Positions 45,616 through 56,284 of a stretch of DNA of 64,000 nt are shown here, one piece after another; position 1 is the first letter of the stretch, and the number at the start of each line of letters is the position of its first letter. A program made the position numbers and the translations under genes. The notes under the pieces are model-generated. The model ran no database searches. It was not told the origin of the DNA and saw nothing but the letters and a program-made list of their open reading frames with translations. The DNA lies in NCBI GenBank assembly GCA_963662545.2, contig CAXXLL010000002.1, positions 960,001-1,024,000 of the forward strand. Direction: 5' to 3'. The stretch comes from Gammaproteobacteria bacterium. Lineage in GTDB: Bacteria > Pseudomonadota > Gammaproteobacteria > Ga0077536.

Positions 45616-47901
45616 TCAGAACTCCAGGGGATCGTCGGCGACGCGGGATTTACCGGAACGCAGGGCGACCGGATTGACGTCGCGTATCGACGGAATATCG
45701 AATGTGAATGTTTCGTCGAAGCCCCAGAATTCGCGGTACTCCCTGATCCACTTCTCGGAATGGGAGCTGACGTCTTTGAATATTTCGAGCACGACCATGG
45801 GCAGATCGTATTTTTCGATGCGTGCCCGCTGCTGCTTGATCCATTCTCTGGCCGGCACGCCTTTTGACTTGCGCGCAGCGAGCATCGACTGGCGGCGAGC
45901 CTCGGTTGCTTCGCGATTGACCACGTAGCAGTCTTCCGCCTCGTCGCGTTCGATCACGGCGCCGCAGATCTGCTCGACCATCTCCGGCGTCACGATGCCG
46001 TTTTCGAGATCCTTCTCGATCAGGGCCGCATCGCGATCGATCGGATCACCGAAACCGCCCATGCCCCGGTACTGCATCAACAGCACGTCGCCTTCGGTCA
46101 TCGGTTTGTCCGCCGTCATGTTGCCGTGCGAGATCTTGCAGTTGCCATTGATGAGCCGTGTGATCTCCGGATCACAGGGGTCGGGGCCTTCACCGGTTGG
46201 TAATTCGTCCTGATTGGCGATGCGTTCCTTGATGTCCGTATCCGTCAGGAGATAGATGTAATGAATCTTGCCGGGATAGCCGCCGAACAGGCCCTGGTGA
46301 TCGAAAGCCCGCGCCTGGCATAGCTCGGTCGTCAACACCAGTTGATTGGATCGGTGGGTCATGAGGCATGACTGCCAGCCGTTGCCACCGCGGTATTTAC
46401 CGAAGCCGTGACAATTTGGCAGGATCTTGCGGGACAGATACAGTTGTGGAAATAATTGCTCCCAGATTTCGGCATTACCCATGTCGGATTCCGGGTTCCA
46501 CAGCACGTAGCCGAAATCAATGCCGTCCGCGATGCCGCGCGCACCGCTGCCCTGGGCGGCAAGTTCGAAATTCGTGCCGCCAAAGACTTTCCCATACTGA
46601 TCGATGCCGCCGGCGTCGTAGCAGGGCGTCAATGCGCCGAAGAGGAAGGTTTCCTCGACGAAACCGCGCATGTAAGTCGACCTCGCCATCATGCGGTACC
46701 AGTTGGCCCAGCTCGGCATGACCAGGTTCCAGCCAAGCGAGGTGGACGCATACTTATTGTCGGGCCAGGCGACCGTGCCTTTGGAGAACTTGAGTTCGCA
46801 GCCGAGCACGCTGCCGTGGTTGATGCGGCCGTCGGTGTTCAGAGCCTGCGACATGGAGACGAAGAGACCGCCTTCGAGCGCCGCGGGTGTGGCGTTCCCC
46901 GACCAGTAGCGCCAGGAGCCGAAACCGTCGAAATCGATGGTCATCTTGCCGTCGCCGTCGATCACCATCTCCATCGGTTCGATGATAGTGACGTCGCCGT
47001 CGGCCAGGGGCGAGAGGCCCGGCGCGCCTTCCATCATCTGGTCGCAGGTGGTGACTTCCTTGTAGGTCCCGGGAATCAACATCGTCTTGACGCGTTCGAG
47101 CTGCGCCCGGCGGGCGCCCTCGATATATTCATTGGTCGCCTGTTTGTAGTAATCGGTGCCGAATTCCTTGATCGTCTTGAGCACTTGGTCCCGCGCGCTC
47201 AGAGCGCCCGTGACGCGCGCCTTGGTGTCCAGTATCCACAGGTCGGGCGAACGCACGCTGCGCTCCGCGCGGACTTCGTAATACTTGTAGATCTGATCGT
47301 TCTCGCCGATGCGTTCGGCGCAGATGATTAATCCCTCGGTGAAACGTTCCGACGACAGGACCGGCATGCTGCCCGGCGTGATACCACCGACCTCGAGCAC
47401 GTGCGTGACCATGCCGGCCCAGCCCAGCAACTCGCCGTCCTGGAAAATCGGGGTGATGTCCATGACGTCCGGTATGTGCACGCCGCCGATGTAAGTGTCG
47501 TTGTTCTCGAAGATGTCGCCGTGCTTGAAGCCCGGATCCAGTTCGTAATCGTGGGCGAGCATCCATTTGATGAAGCGGCTCATGGTGTGGACATGGACCA
47601 TGATGCCGCCCGAGAAGACGATCGCGTCGCCTTCGGGCGTATAAAGGCCGACGACCGATTCGCCGACTTCGCGGGTACCCGGCGAACAGGCGACGCGTGA
47701 GCCAACCTGTTGCGAGCCGATGACGATCGACTGCAATCTTGAATAGAGCAATTCGTAGCGGATGACGTCCTCTTCCTCCAAAGAGAGCTTCTCGACACCG
47801 TTGTAGTGGCCGGTGGCTTCAAACAGACGCTTGGAATTTTCCATTCGCGCGCGCAGTGAGAATTGAACAGTCGATTCTTCCAGGGGACGTGTTGCACTCA
47901 T
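45616..47901 (-). CDS. acxB: Acetone carboxylase alpha-subunit-like protein (hydantoinase B family)
   Basis: NND...GVH.PD, VTHVLEVG, WNPESDMGNAE.WE and GFGKYRGG. Confidence 0.8.
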   Translation of the reverse strand: MSATRPLEESTVQFSLRARMENSKRLFEATGHYNGVEKLSLEEEDVIRYELLYSRLQSIVIGSQQVGSRVACSPGTREVGESVVGLYTPEGDAIVFSGGIMVHVHTMSRFIKWMLAHDYELDPGFKHGDIFENNDTYIGGVHIPDVMDITPIFQDGELLGWAGMVTHVLEVGGITPGSMPVLSSERFTEGLIICAERIGENDQIYKYYEVRAERSVRSPDLWILDTKARVTGALSARDQVLKTIKEFGTDYYKQATNEYIEGARRAQLERVKTMLIPGTYKEVTTCDQMMEGAPGLSPLADGDVTIIEPMEMVIDGDGKMTIDFDGFGSWRYWSGNATPAALEGGLFVSMSQALNTDGRINHGSVLGCELKFSKGTVAWPDNKYASTSLGWNLVMPSWANWYRMMARSTYMRGFVEETFLFGALTPCYDAGGIDQYGKVFGGTNFELAAQGSGARGIADGIDFGYVLWNPESDMGNAEIWEQLFPQLYLSRKILPNCHGFGKYRGGNGWQSCLMTHRSNQLVLTTELCQARAFDHQGLFGGYPGKIHYIYLLTDTDIKERIANQDELPTGEGPDPCDPEITRLINGNCKISHGNMTADKPMTEGDVLLMQYRGMGGFGDPIDRDAALIEKDLENGIVTPEMVEQICGAVIERDEAEDCYVVNREATEARRQSMLAARKSKGVPAREWIKQQRARIEKYDLPMVVLEIFKDVSSHSEKWIREYREFWGFDETFTFDIPSIRDVNPVALRSGKSRVADDPLEF

Positions 47902-47931
47902 GCTTAAATGCTCCTGTCGATCAGGGTACGA

Positions 47932-50067
47932 TTAAATATTTTCCAACCACAAGAATCGGCGCGCGTCCATGCGTGCTTTCCGGGTCGGCGGCACGAGCAG
48001 GGTCGTTGCCGGATGCTCGAGAATGGCGAGACCCGCGACGACATTGCCCGGCTGCATGCTGTCCATGTCGTAGATGCCTGCTTTTTGCCAGCTCTGCTCG
48101 AAGTAGACGTCACGCTCGCCCTTATAGGCGGCCTCGGGCGGCGTCGCGCCCTGCAATGGAAACACCGGGAACTCGGGCTTGCGTGTCTCGATGGACGCGA
48201 CCAGCGCGACCTGGAAGATCGCATAACCGGCCTTGGGATACCGCGCCGCTTTCGCGAACATCTTGGTGTAGAGATCTTCAAAGCTGTCCAGCAGGTGGTT
48301 GACGTTTTCGACCGTGCCCTGCCAGTCGCCATCGAACGGCACCTCGACCTCGTCGAGTTGCCCGCCATAGCGCACGAAGGCGATGCGGCGATATTCGATT
48401 TTCGAGAGGTCCATGCCTTCGCGTTCGAAACTTTCGTGGGCCTCGGCTTCGAGATCGTTCCAGAGATCGGTCAGACCTTTAGCCACTGTTTCCCGAGTGG
48501 TGCGATCGGCGGTTTGTGCCAGGGAGAAGAGGCTAGAGCGCGTGTAACGGTGCGAATAATCGGTGGTGGTGCAGCCGAAGGCCGAGAACGCGGCCGCGAA
48601 GGGAAAGGTCACGACGCCCTTGAACGGCTGGTTTTCTGACACCCCGGCGAGTATCAGGGGCCCGGCGCCGCCGTAGCCCATGATGACGTAGTCGGCGACG
48701 TCGCCGCCGCGCACGTGGATCGCCCGTTGGGTCGCGTCCTGCGCCTGCTGCAGCCAGAGCTTGAGAATACCGTCCGCGGCGTCGTAGACGTCGAGTCCAA
48801 TCTTCGATGCGATCTGTTTCTCGAGTTCTTCCCTGGCCGCCGGGATGTTCAGCACGACTTTGCCGCCCAGGAAATTGTCCTTGTTGAGGTAGCCGTTGAT
48901 CGCGAGGCAGTCTGTCACCGTCGGTTGGCGGTTGCCACGATCGAAGCACACGGGTCCAGGGTTGGCACCGGCGCCTTCCGGACCCATGATGATGCGGTTG
49001 GTGATCGGGTCGACCGAGAGATAAAGCCCGGCGCCACCGCGGATACTATCGAGTTCGATGCTCGGCAGCGCCAGCCGGAAGCGGGCGATCTCGGGCTCAT
49101 TGTTGAGGTTGAAGGTCGCATTCGTAATGAGACCGAAGTCGTAGCTGGTGCCGCCCATGTCGACGGCGAGAACGTTTTTCTCGCCCAGGATCTGCGCGAT
49201 GTAATGCGCGCCCAGCATGCCGCCGATGGGACCTGAGATCAGCGTTTCGTGCAGCCGCGGGTGGCGGATGTTGGCGAGACCGCCGTAGGAAAGCATCGTC
49301 GTCAACTGTTTGCGATAACCCCTGGCCTTCGCGCTATCCTCTACGCTGTGCAGCTGCTTGCGCACCGGGTCCGCGGCATAGGCCTCGATGGTGGTCGCGT
49401 TCACTCGTTGGTTCTCGCGGATCACCGGTCGGACATGCGACGAGATGTAAATCGGGATATCGATCCCTTTTTCGGTCATGACCTCGCGACAGATCGTTTC
49501 CATACGCTGTTCGTTGTGCGGGTTCGCGTAGGAATGCAGAAAGCAGATGGCAAGGCCTTCCAGATCGTGGTCGAGCAATTCTTCGGCCACGCGCCGCCCA
49601 TCCTTTTCATAGAGCGGGATTGGGATATCGCCGAACATGTCGGTCCGCTCCGATACGCCGCGAACGCGCCGCCGGGGAATCAAGGGCTCATTGTGTACGT
49701 GGGTCGTCGAATGCAGGCGATCGGCGTGCGAATACCCGGACCAGACCTGCCGCCCCTGTTCCATCAAAAGGATATCTTCGAAGCCCTTCGAAGTAATGAG
49801 TCCGATCTTCTTGCCGGTACGCGTCAGCAAGGTGTTGATCATGGTGGTGCCGGAATAGACGGCGACCTCGAACTGTGTAAAGGCTTCGCGCTCGTCGAGG
49901 TTCCACTGCTCGAAAGCGTCTTCGGCGGATTCGATGAAACCCTCGGATTCGTCCCAGGGCGTGGTCGGCGCCTTGCCGATGACGAAATTGCCTTCGCTGT
50001 CGACGAGAAAGGTATCGGTCATAGTGCCACCCGCATCCATGGCGAGTCCGAGTACTTGTCGCGACAT
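47932..50067 (-). CDS. acxA: Acetone carboxylase beta-subunit-like protein (hydantoinase A family)
   Basis: DAGGTMTDTF, TLISGPIGG, DMGGTS, YGGAGP and AAAFSAFG. Confidence 0.82.
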   Translation of the reverse strand: MSRQVLGLAMDAGGTMTDTFLVDSEGNFVIGKAPTTPWDESEGFIESAEDAFEQWNLDEREAFTQFEVAVYSGTTMINTLLTRTGKKIGLITSKGFEDILLMEQGRQVWSGYSHADRLHSTTHVHNEPLIPRRRVRGVSERTDMFGDIPIPLYEKDGRRVAEELLDHDLEGLAICFLHSYANPHNEQRMETICREVMTEKGIDIPIYISSHVRPVIRENQRVNATTIEAYAADPVRKQLHSVEDSAKARGYRKQLTTMLSYGGLANIRHPRLHETLISGPIGGMLGAHYIAQILGEKNVLAVDMGGTSYDFGLITNATFNLNNEPEIARFRLALPSIELDSIRGGAGLYLSVDPITNRIIMGPEGAGANPGPVCFDRGNRQPTVTDCLAINGYLNKDNFLGGKVVLNIPAAREELEKQIASKIGLDVYDAADGILKLWLQQAQDATQRAIHVRGGDVADYVIMGYGGAGPLILAGVSENQPFKGVVTFPFAAAFSAFGCTTTDYSHRYTRSSLFSLAQTADRTTRETVAKGLTDLWNDLEAEAHESFEREGMDLSKIEYRRIAFVRYGGQLDEVEVPFDGDWQGTVENVNHLLDSFEDLYTKMFAKAARYPKAGYAIFQVALVASIETRKPEFPVFPLQGATPPEAAYKGERDVYFEQSWQKAGIYDMDSMQPGNVVAGLAILEHPATTLLVPPTRKARMDARRFLWLENI

Positions 50068-50221
50068 ACTTAAGGTTCTCCTTAATAAGGCTCAATTCAC
50101 AGCTGGTGTACCGGCTGCGGTGGACGTTGGGTAGCAACCGCACATTCTAGCTTTCATTGCGGCAGCGCGCCGCATTTTTGCTGCAAAGCAACAAAAATGT
50201 AATACCCTCGCGTCATTGCTC

Positions 50222-51370
50222 TCATGCCACCACGCCATTCCCTTTCAGCGCCGCGAACTCGTCCGCGAATCCCCAGTCTCTCAACACCGCCTCGGTGTCG
50301 CTCCCGTGCGCCGACGGCGGTTTCTGGATCTTCCCCGGCGTACGGCTGAAACGCGGCGCGGGCGCGGGCTGCACGACGCCGTCCTCCGTAACAAAGGTCT
50401 GGCGCGCGACATTGTGCGGGTGGCCGGGCGCCTCGCTCAGGGTGAGCACCGGGGCGAAGCAGACGTCCGTACCTTCGAGGACCGCACACCATTCGTCGCG
50501 CGTCTTGGTCTTGATCAGGTCGGCCATCTTGACCGACATGTCTGTCCATTGCGTACGATCCCGGTGTGCGGTGTGGTCCGGGTCTTCGAAGCCAGTGCGT
50601 TCAAGCAGTTCCGCGTAGAACTTCGATTCGATCGAAGCGATCGAAATATAGCGGCCGTCGGCGGTTTCGTAGGCGTCGTAGAAATGCGCGCCGCCGTCGA
50701 GGATGTTGCTCTCGCGATCGTCGGTCCACAGGCCCGCGGCGTGCATGCCGTAGATGGCGGTCATCAATGTCGCCACGCCGTCGGTCATGGCCGCGTCGAC
50801 GACCTGCCCCTGACCCGATTTCTGCGCTTCGAGCAGTGCCGCCACCACGCCCAGCGCAAGCAGCATGCCGCCGCCGCCGAAATCACCGACCAGATTAAGC
50901 GGTGGGGAGGGCGGCTGGTCTTTGCGGCCGATGGGATAGCCCGCGCCGGCCAGCGAAATGTAGTTGATGTCGTGGCCGGCCGCCTTGGCCAGCGGGCCGT
51001 CCTGGCCCCAGCCCGTGACGCGGCCGTACACCAGTTTCGGATTGCGCTTCAAGCAATCGTCGGGTCCGAGACCGAGCCGCTCGGTCACCCCCGCGCGAAA
51101 TCCCTCGATGAGCGCATCCGATGTATCGACCATACGCAGGATCAATTCGACCCCTTCGGGATTTTTGAGATCCACCGCGATCGAACGGCGGCTGCGGTCG
51201 AGCAGGGCGAACCTGGGATCCATCTTTATGCCGAGGCCGGCGTCGACCAGGCGGTCCACGCGCACGACTTCGGCGCCCATGTCCGCCAGCAACATGGCGC
51301 ACATGGGATTGGGGCCGATCCCGGCCAGTTCAATCACTTTATATCCGACTAAGGGTCCGCTTGCGGTCAT
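50222..51370 (-). CDS. CaiB/BaiF CoA-transferase (alpha-methylacyl-CoA racemase-like)
   Basis: ELAGIGP, GHDINY, NLVGDFGGGG and PAPAPRFSRT. Confidence 0.9.
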   Translation of the reverse strand: MTASGPLVGYKVIELAGIGPNPMCAMLLADMGAEVVRVDRLVDAGLGIKMDPRFALLDRSRRSIAVDLKNPEGVELILRMVDTSDALIEGFRAGVTERLGLGPDDCLKRNPKLVYGRVTGWGQDGPLAKAAGHDINYISLAGAGYPIGRKDQPPSPPLNLVGDFGGGGMLLALGVVAALLEAQKSGQGQVVDAAMTDGVATLMTAIYGMHAAGLWTDDRESNILDGGAHFYDAYETADGRYISIASIESKFYAELLERTGFEDPDHTAHRDRTQWTDMSVKMADLIKTKTRDEWCAVLEGTDVCFAPVLTLSEAPGHPHNVARQTFVTEDGVVQPAPAPRFSRTPGKIQKPPSAHGSDTEAVLRDWGFADEFAALKGNGVVA

Positions 51371-51459
51371 CAACCTGTCCTCTCGAATCTGTTTATAGAT
51401 GGTTACGGGAATGGCGGAATTAGAGCACAAACGCTATCCGGCAAAATGATGGCGTGATT

Positions 51460-51526
51460 ATTCGCCCGCAAGCGGGCTCCGACGGCATGGAACGAACGCT
51501 CCGTAGGAGCCCGCTTGCGGGCGAAT
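51460..51526. repeat. Pair of GTAG-type REP elements
   Basis: ATTCGCCCGCAAGCGGGCTCCGAC and GTAGGAGCCCGCTTGCGGGCGAAT. Confidence 0.8.
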
Positions 51527-51539
51527 CGACAAGCGCGCG

Positions 51540-54500
51540 TCAGGGCGGACCGAAACCGCCGCCGCCCGGTGTTTCAATCACGACCACGTCACCCGCGTTA
51601 ACCTCAGCACGGGCATTACCCGGTAATTCCTCGATGACGCCTGAGACGCGCTCGATCCAGTTTCGGCCGGTAGCGCCTGGGTCGCCGCCCGCCATGCCGT
51701 ACGGCGGTACGCGGCGATGGCCGGACAGGATTGAAACGGTCATGGGTTCGAGGAACCTTATCGCGCGGTGCACGCCGTTGCCGCCGGTATAGGTCCCGTT
51801 GCCGCCGCTGCGCTGACGGATCGAGAAGTTTTCCAGACGAACCGGAAAGCGCCATTCCAGCACTTCGGGATCGGTCAGGCGCGTGTTGGTCATGTGCGTG
51901 TGGATCGCGTCCGCGCCGTCGAAATCGGGTCCGGCCCCGGCGCCGCCGCAGATCGTTTCGTAATACTGGTGGGTGTCATTGCCGAAGGTGAAGTTGTTCA
52001 TCGTGCCCTGCGCCGCCGCCATGACGCCGAGTGCGCCGTAAAGACAATCGGTAATGCACTGCGAGGTCTCGACGTTACCGGCTACCACGGCGCCGGGCGG
52101 CCGCGGATTCAGCATGCTGCCCGCTGGGACGATCAGGCGCACCGGTTTCAGGCAGCCGTCATTCAGCGGGATATCCTCGTCGATGAGGCTGCGCAGGACG
52201 TAGATGACAGCCGCCCGGCAGACGGCCGCCGGGGCGTTGAAGTTGTTGTCCGTCTGTAGCGAGGTCCCGGTGAAATCGATCTGGGCCTGGCGTTTCTCAC
52301 GATCGATGTCGATTTTAACGCAAACCGTGTTGCCGTCGTCCATGGCGTATTCGAATCTGCCGGAGTGCAGCTTGCCGAGCAGGCGGCGCACGCAGGCCTC
52401 GGCGTTATCCTGCACGTGGTGCATGTAGGCATGCACCACCTTGAGGCCGAAGTGGGCGACCATGGCGCGGAGTTCGTGCACGCCTTTTTCGTTAGCCGCG
52501 ATCTGTGCCTTGATGTCGGCCACGTTTTGATCGGGATTGCGCGCCGGATAGGTCCCGCCGCCCAGGAGTTCGTACAGTGCACGTTCACGGAAGATGCTCG
52601 CTTCGACTATGAGGAAGTTGTCGATCAGCACGCCTTCATCGTCAAGAGTGCGGCTGTCCGGCGGCATCGATCCGGGCGTGATACCGCCAATGTCCGCCTG
52701 GTGCCCGCGCGAGGCGACGAAGAAGAGGATGTCGTGTTCCTGCTCGGTGCCGTGCTCGCCGAAGACGGGTGTGATCACGGTTACGTCCGGCAGGTGCGTA
52801 CCACCGTGGTAGGGATCGTTCAGCATGTAGACGTCGCCGGCTTGCATGGTGCCGAGGCGCGCCTGCCTGACGTAGCGAACGCTTTCACCCATCGAGCCCA
52901 GGTGCACGGGAATGTGCGGTGCATTCGCGATCAGCTCACCGGCGGCATCGAAAATCGCGCACGAGAAATCGAGGCGCTCCTTGATGTTCACGGAATATGC
53001 CGTGTTCTGCAATGCGGCCCCCATCTGCTCCGCGATCGACATGAAGAGGTTGTTGAACACCTCGAGCATGATCGGATCGGCGTCAGTGCCGAGGCTGGTC
53101 TCGCGTGCTAGCGGCTTGATCCGCTCGATGACCATGGTGGCGCCGTGCCCCACTGTGCAGGCCCAGCCGGGTTCCACCACCGTGGTGCTCGTGGGTTCGA
53201 TGATGACCGCAGGACCGATGACCAAGGTGCCGGGGGACAGGGCGTCCCGATCGAAAAACGGCGTATCGTGAAAGCGCCCGCCCGTGAAGACGGGCTTGAC
53301 CAGCATCGGTTCGGGCGAACGCAAGAGGGTTGCATCGCCGTCCACGATCGATACCTTTTCGAGCACTTCCTGTGTGGCCCCGACGGCTTCAACCGCGACC
53401 GCTTCGACCATCAGGTTCTTATCCGGCAGGACGAAGCCGTACTGGGCGCGGTGCGCTACCTCGAAGCGCGACCGAAGAGCCTTCGCGTCGCCGAACGCGA
53501 CGACAATTGCAGTGTCCGAACCACCATAACGGACGTGCACTTTGTGCTGTATCGACATCTGCTCAGCGATGAATCCCTGGGTGGTCAATTCGGCCAGCGC
53601 TTCGCGTTCTAGTTCTTGAAGCGCTGCTTCCAGGCGCGGGATCAGCGGTGCATCCAGTTCCGCTTCGACCGCACGTTCGCGCAGCGCGCGTATGTCCGCG
53701 AGCCCCATCCCGTAAGCGGACAGCACGCCCGCGAATGGATGCAGAAAGATGCGCGTCATGCCGAGTGCATCGGCGACGTGACAAGCATGCTGTCCACCGG
53801 CGCCGCCGAAACAATTGAGGGTGTATCCGGTGACGTCGTAACCGCGCTGTACCGAGATTTCCTTGATGGCGTTCGCCATATTTTCGACGGCGATGCGCAA
53901 GAAACCCTCGGCGATCGCCTCCGCGCTCTGATCGCTGCCGGTCGCCGCGTTGATCTCTTGAGCGAATCGCTTGAATTCGACACCTACGATGCCTACGTCG
54001 AGGGGTTTATTGGCGTCCGGGCCGAACTGCGACGGAAAAAAGCGCGGGTCGAGCTTGCCGAGCATCACATTGCAGTCGGTCAAGGCGAGCGGACCGCCGC
54101 GGCGGTAGCAGGCGGGACCGGGATTTGCGCCCGCGGAGTCCGGACCGACCCGCAGGCGCAAGCCGTCGAAATGCAGGATGGAGCCGCCGCCGGCGGCGAC
54201 GGTGTGGATGCGCATCATCGGAACCTGCATGCGTACCCCCGCGACCTTGGTATCAAAGGCCCGTTCGAAAGTGCCGGCGTAATGCGAAACGTCGGTCGAG
54301 GTACCGCCCATGTCGAAGCTGATGATCTTGTCGAAACCGGCCTGTTCGCCGGTGCGTACCGCCCCGATGATGCCGCCCGCGGGACCGGACAGGATGCTGT
54401 CCTTGCCCTGGAACAGGCGCGCATCGGTGAGTCCGCCGTTCGACTGCATGAACATCAGGCGCACCCCGTCGAGTTCGCTCGCCACCCGGTCGACGTAACG

Positions 54501-55193
54501 TTTCAGGATAGGCGTCAAGTAGGCGTCGACGACCGTGGTGTCGCCGCGGCTGACGAACTTCATCAAGGGGCTGACTTCGTGTGAAACTGAGATCTGCGTG
54601 AATCCGATGCCGCGGGCTATCTCGGCCAGACGTGCTTCGTGATCGTGATAGCGATAGCCGTGGAGCAAGACGATCGCAATCGATCGAATGCCACCGGCGT
54701 AGGCCTCGAGCAAAGCGGTGCGCGCCTGCCCTTGATCGAGCGGAGCCAGCACCTCGCCGTCCGCGCCGACCCGCTCAGTGATCTCGACGACGCGCTCGTA
54801 GAGCATTTCCGGCAGCACGATCTGCCGCGCGAAGAGGTCGGGCCGATTCTGGTAGCCAATGCGCAAGGCGTCCCGAAAACCGTGCGTGACGGCAAGCACC
54901 GTTCGTTCGCCCTGGCGCTCGAGCAACGCATTCGTTGCGACTGTCGTGCCCATCTTGACGGCTTCGATCGAGGCGCCCGGTATGGCCGCGTCCGGCGCGA
55001 TGCCGAGCAGATCACGAATGCCCTGGAGCGCCGCATCATCGTACTGATCGGGGTTTTCGGACAGCAGTTTGTAGGTCACGAGAATACCGTCGGGGCGCCG
55101 GGCGACGACATCGGTGAACGTGCCGCCGCGATCGATCCAGAATTGCCACCCGCGTGGTTCCCGCTGCTTTTCGGGTTCGAGTTGTACGTTCAT
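51540..55193 (-). CDS. 5-oxoprolinase (fused hydantoinase A/B)
   Basis: [42 protein letters not shown] and [11 protein letters not shown]. Confidence 0.93.
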   Translation of the reverse strand: MNVQLEPEKQREPRGWQFWIDRGGTFTDVVARRPDGILVTYKLLSENPDQYDDAALQGIRDLLGIAPDAAIPGASIEAVKMGTTVATNALLERQGERTVLAVTHGFRDALRIGYQNRPDLFARQIVLPEMLYERVVEITERVGADGEVLAPLDQGQARTALLEAYAGGIRSIAIVLLHGYRYHDHEARLAEIARGIGFTQISVSHEVSPLMKFVSRGDTTVVDAYLTPILKRYVDRVASELDGVRLMFMQSNGGLTDARLFQGKDSILSGPAGGIIGAVRTGEQAGFDKIISFDMGGTSTDVSHYAGTFERAFDTKVAGVRMQVPMMRIHTVAAGGGSILHFDGLRLRVGPDSAGANPGPACYRRGGPLALTDCNVMLGKLDPRFFPSQFGPDANKPLDVGIVGVEFKRFAQEINAATGSDQSAEAIAEGFLRIAVENMANAIKEISVQRGYDVTGYTLNCFGGAGGQHACHVADALGMTRIFLHPFAGVLSAYGMGLADIRALRERAVEAELDAPLIPRLEAALQELEREALAELTTQGFIAEQMSIQHKVHVRYGGSDTAIVVAFGDAKALRSRFEVAHRAQYGFVLPDKNLMVEAVAVEAVGATQEVLEKVSIVDGDATLLRSPEPMLVKPVFTGGRFHDTPFFDRDALSPGTLVIGPAVIIEPTSTTVVEPGWACTVGHGATMVIERIKPLARETSLGTDADPIMLEVFNNLFMSIAEQMGAALQNTAYSVNIKERLDFSCAIFDAAGELIANAPHIPVHLGSMGESVRYVRQARLGTMQAGDVYMLNDPYHGGTHLPDVTVITPVFGEHGTEQEHDILFFVASRGHQADIGGITPGSMPPDSRTLDDEGVLIDNFLIVEASIFRERALYELLGGGTYPARNPDQNVADIKAQIAANEKGVHELRAMVAHFGLKVVHAYMHHVQDNAEACVRRLLGKLHSGRFEYAMDDGNTVCVKIDIDREKRQAQIDFTGTSLQTDNNFNAPAAVCRAAVIYVLRSLIDEDIPLNDGCLKPVRLIVPAGSMLNPRPPGAVVAGNVETSQCITDCLYGALGVMAAAQGTMNNFTFGNDTHQYYETICGGAGAGPDFDGADAIHTHMTNTRLTDPEVLEWRFPVRLENFSIRQRSGGNGTYTGGNGVHRAIRFLEPMTVSILSGHRRVPPYGMAGGDPGATGRNWIERVSGVIEELPGNARAEVNAGDVVVIETPGGGGFGPP

Positions 55194-55368
55194 CGCGTTG
55201 TTCTATTCGGGTGGTCTCCACCCTCGAGGAATTCCAATCCTCGGGTTTCAGTGCCCAAAAACTTATCATGGCCGGATGGACAAAAGAACGATGGCATCTG
55301 AATCGTGATCCGGCGGTATACTCGCGGTTCCAATTCAAACGCCCAATTAATCTCCAAAGGGAGGCATT

Positions 55369-55662
55369 ATGACTTGTGTTGTATTACTCGAACTCGAGGT
55401 AAAAGAAGAAGCGGTCGAAGGATTAATGGCGGGTCTCAAGGACATTTTTCCAGACACCCGGGCTTACGAGGGGTGCATTGATGTCTACGCATCCCAGGAT
55501 CAAGACAAACCCACCACGATCGTCATGGTCGAAAGATGGGAGAGCCGTGCGCACTATGAGAAGTACTTCGCCTGGCGCACCGATCGCGGCGACATCGAAA
55601 ACATGTCGCAGGCGCTCTCGGGGCCGCCGAGCATCCGGTATTTTGATCCGATCGGCGCCTGA
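55369..55662 (+). CDS. Antibiotic biosynthesis monooxygenase (ABM) domain protein
   Basis: DTRAYEGC and ERWESRAHYEKY..WR; GGAGG RBS. Confidence 0.83.
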   Translation: MTCVVLLELEVKEEAVEGLMAGLKDIFPDTRAYEGCIDVYASQDQDKPTTIVMVERWESRAHYEKYFAWRTDRGDIENMSQALSGPPSIRYFDPIGA

Positions 55663-55743
55663 TCCGCGATGTAACTGCCGGCGGGTGATTGATCATCCGC
55701 CGGTAGGTTTCGCCTCCAGGATCCTGCTTGCCATTTTTTGACT

Positions 55744-55760
55744 GGCCCGCAGGGCGGGCC
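55744..55760. terminator. Possible hairpin terminator between convergent genes
   Basis: GGCCCGC-AGG-GCGGGCC stem. Confidence 0.4.
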
Positions 55761-55774
55761 TTGTCGCGACGAGG

Positions 55775-56251
55775 CTAGTCGCCGCCCGATGTCAGCACGC
55801 TTTTAGCCGCCATCGCTAGCAAAACGACGACCAGAACTACACTCGGCAAACCTGGTAGGAAGCCGATGATGCCGATGATGTCCGACTCGCCGAGCGGGCT
55901 GTCGCCCAGGGTGAGTGCTCGATTTCCCGATGCATTCCCAAGCCAGTAGAAAACAGTGAAGGACCAGGCAATGTATATAAACCCGTAGGCCGTGACACGC
56001 TGCATCAGGGGACTTAGACGCAGCGCCGGCATGGCTAAGGCAATAACGATTACCAATATGCCGTTTAAAGCGCCGCCGGTATGGGCTCTGACCCAACCTT
56101 CGCTCGTCCCGTATATCGAGAGAGGCACGATTTTTCCCGGCCAGATCTCGATTCCGCCAATCAGTAAAAACATCAACATGAAGCCGGCAAACATCGAAGC
56201 CAGGACGACCAGCAGTCCGTTTCCGATCATGATTCGTTGCAGTCGTTCCAT
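55775..56251 (-). CDS. Styrene-oxide isomerase (StyC)-like membrane protein
   Basis: GG.EIWPG, EGWVRAHTGGALNG and W...FY..GN...NRALT.G resemble StyC as recalled; 4 TM segments. Confidence 0.75.
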   Translation of the reverse strand: MERLQRIMIGNGLLVVLASMFAGFMLMFLLIGGIEIWPGKIVPLSIYGTSEGWVRAHTGGALNGILVIVIALAMPALRLSPLMQRVTAYGFIYIAWSFTVFYWLGNASGNRALTLGDSPLGESDIIGIIGFLPGLPSVVLVVVLLAMAAKSVLTSGGD

Positions 56252-56284
56252 GGTATTTCTCTCTATTTGGCGATCGTTTTCCGC

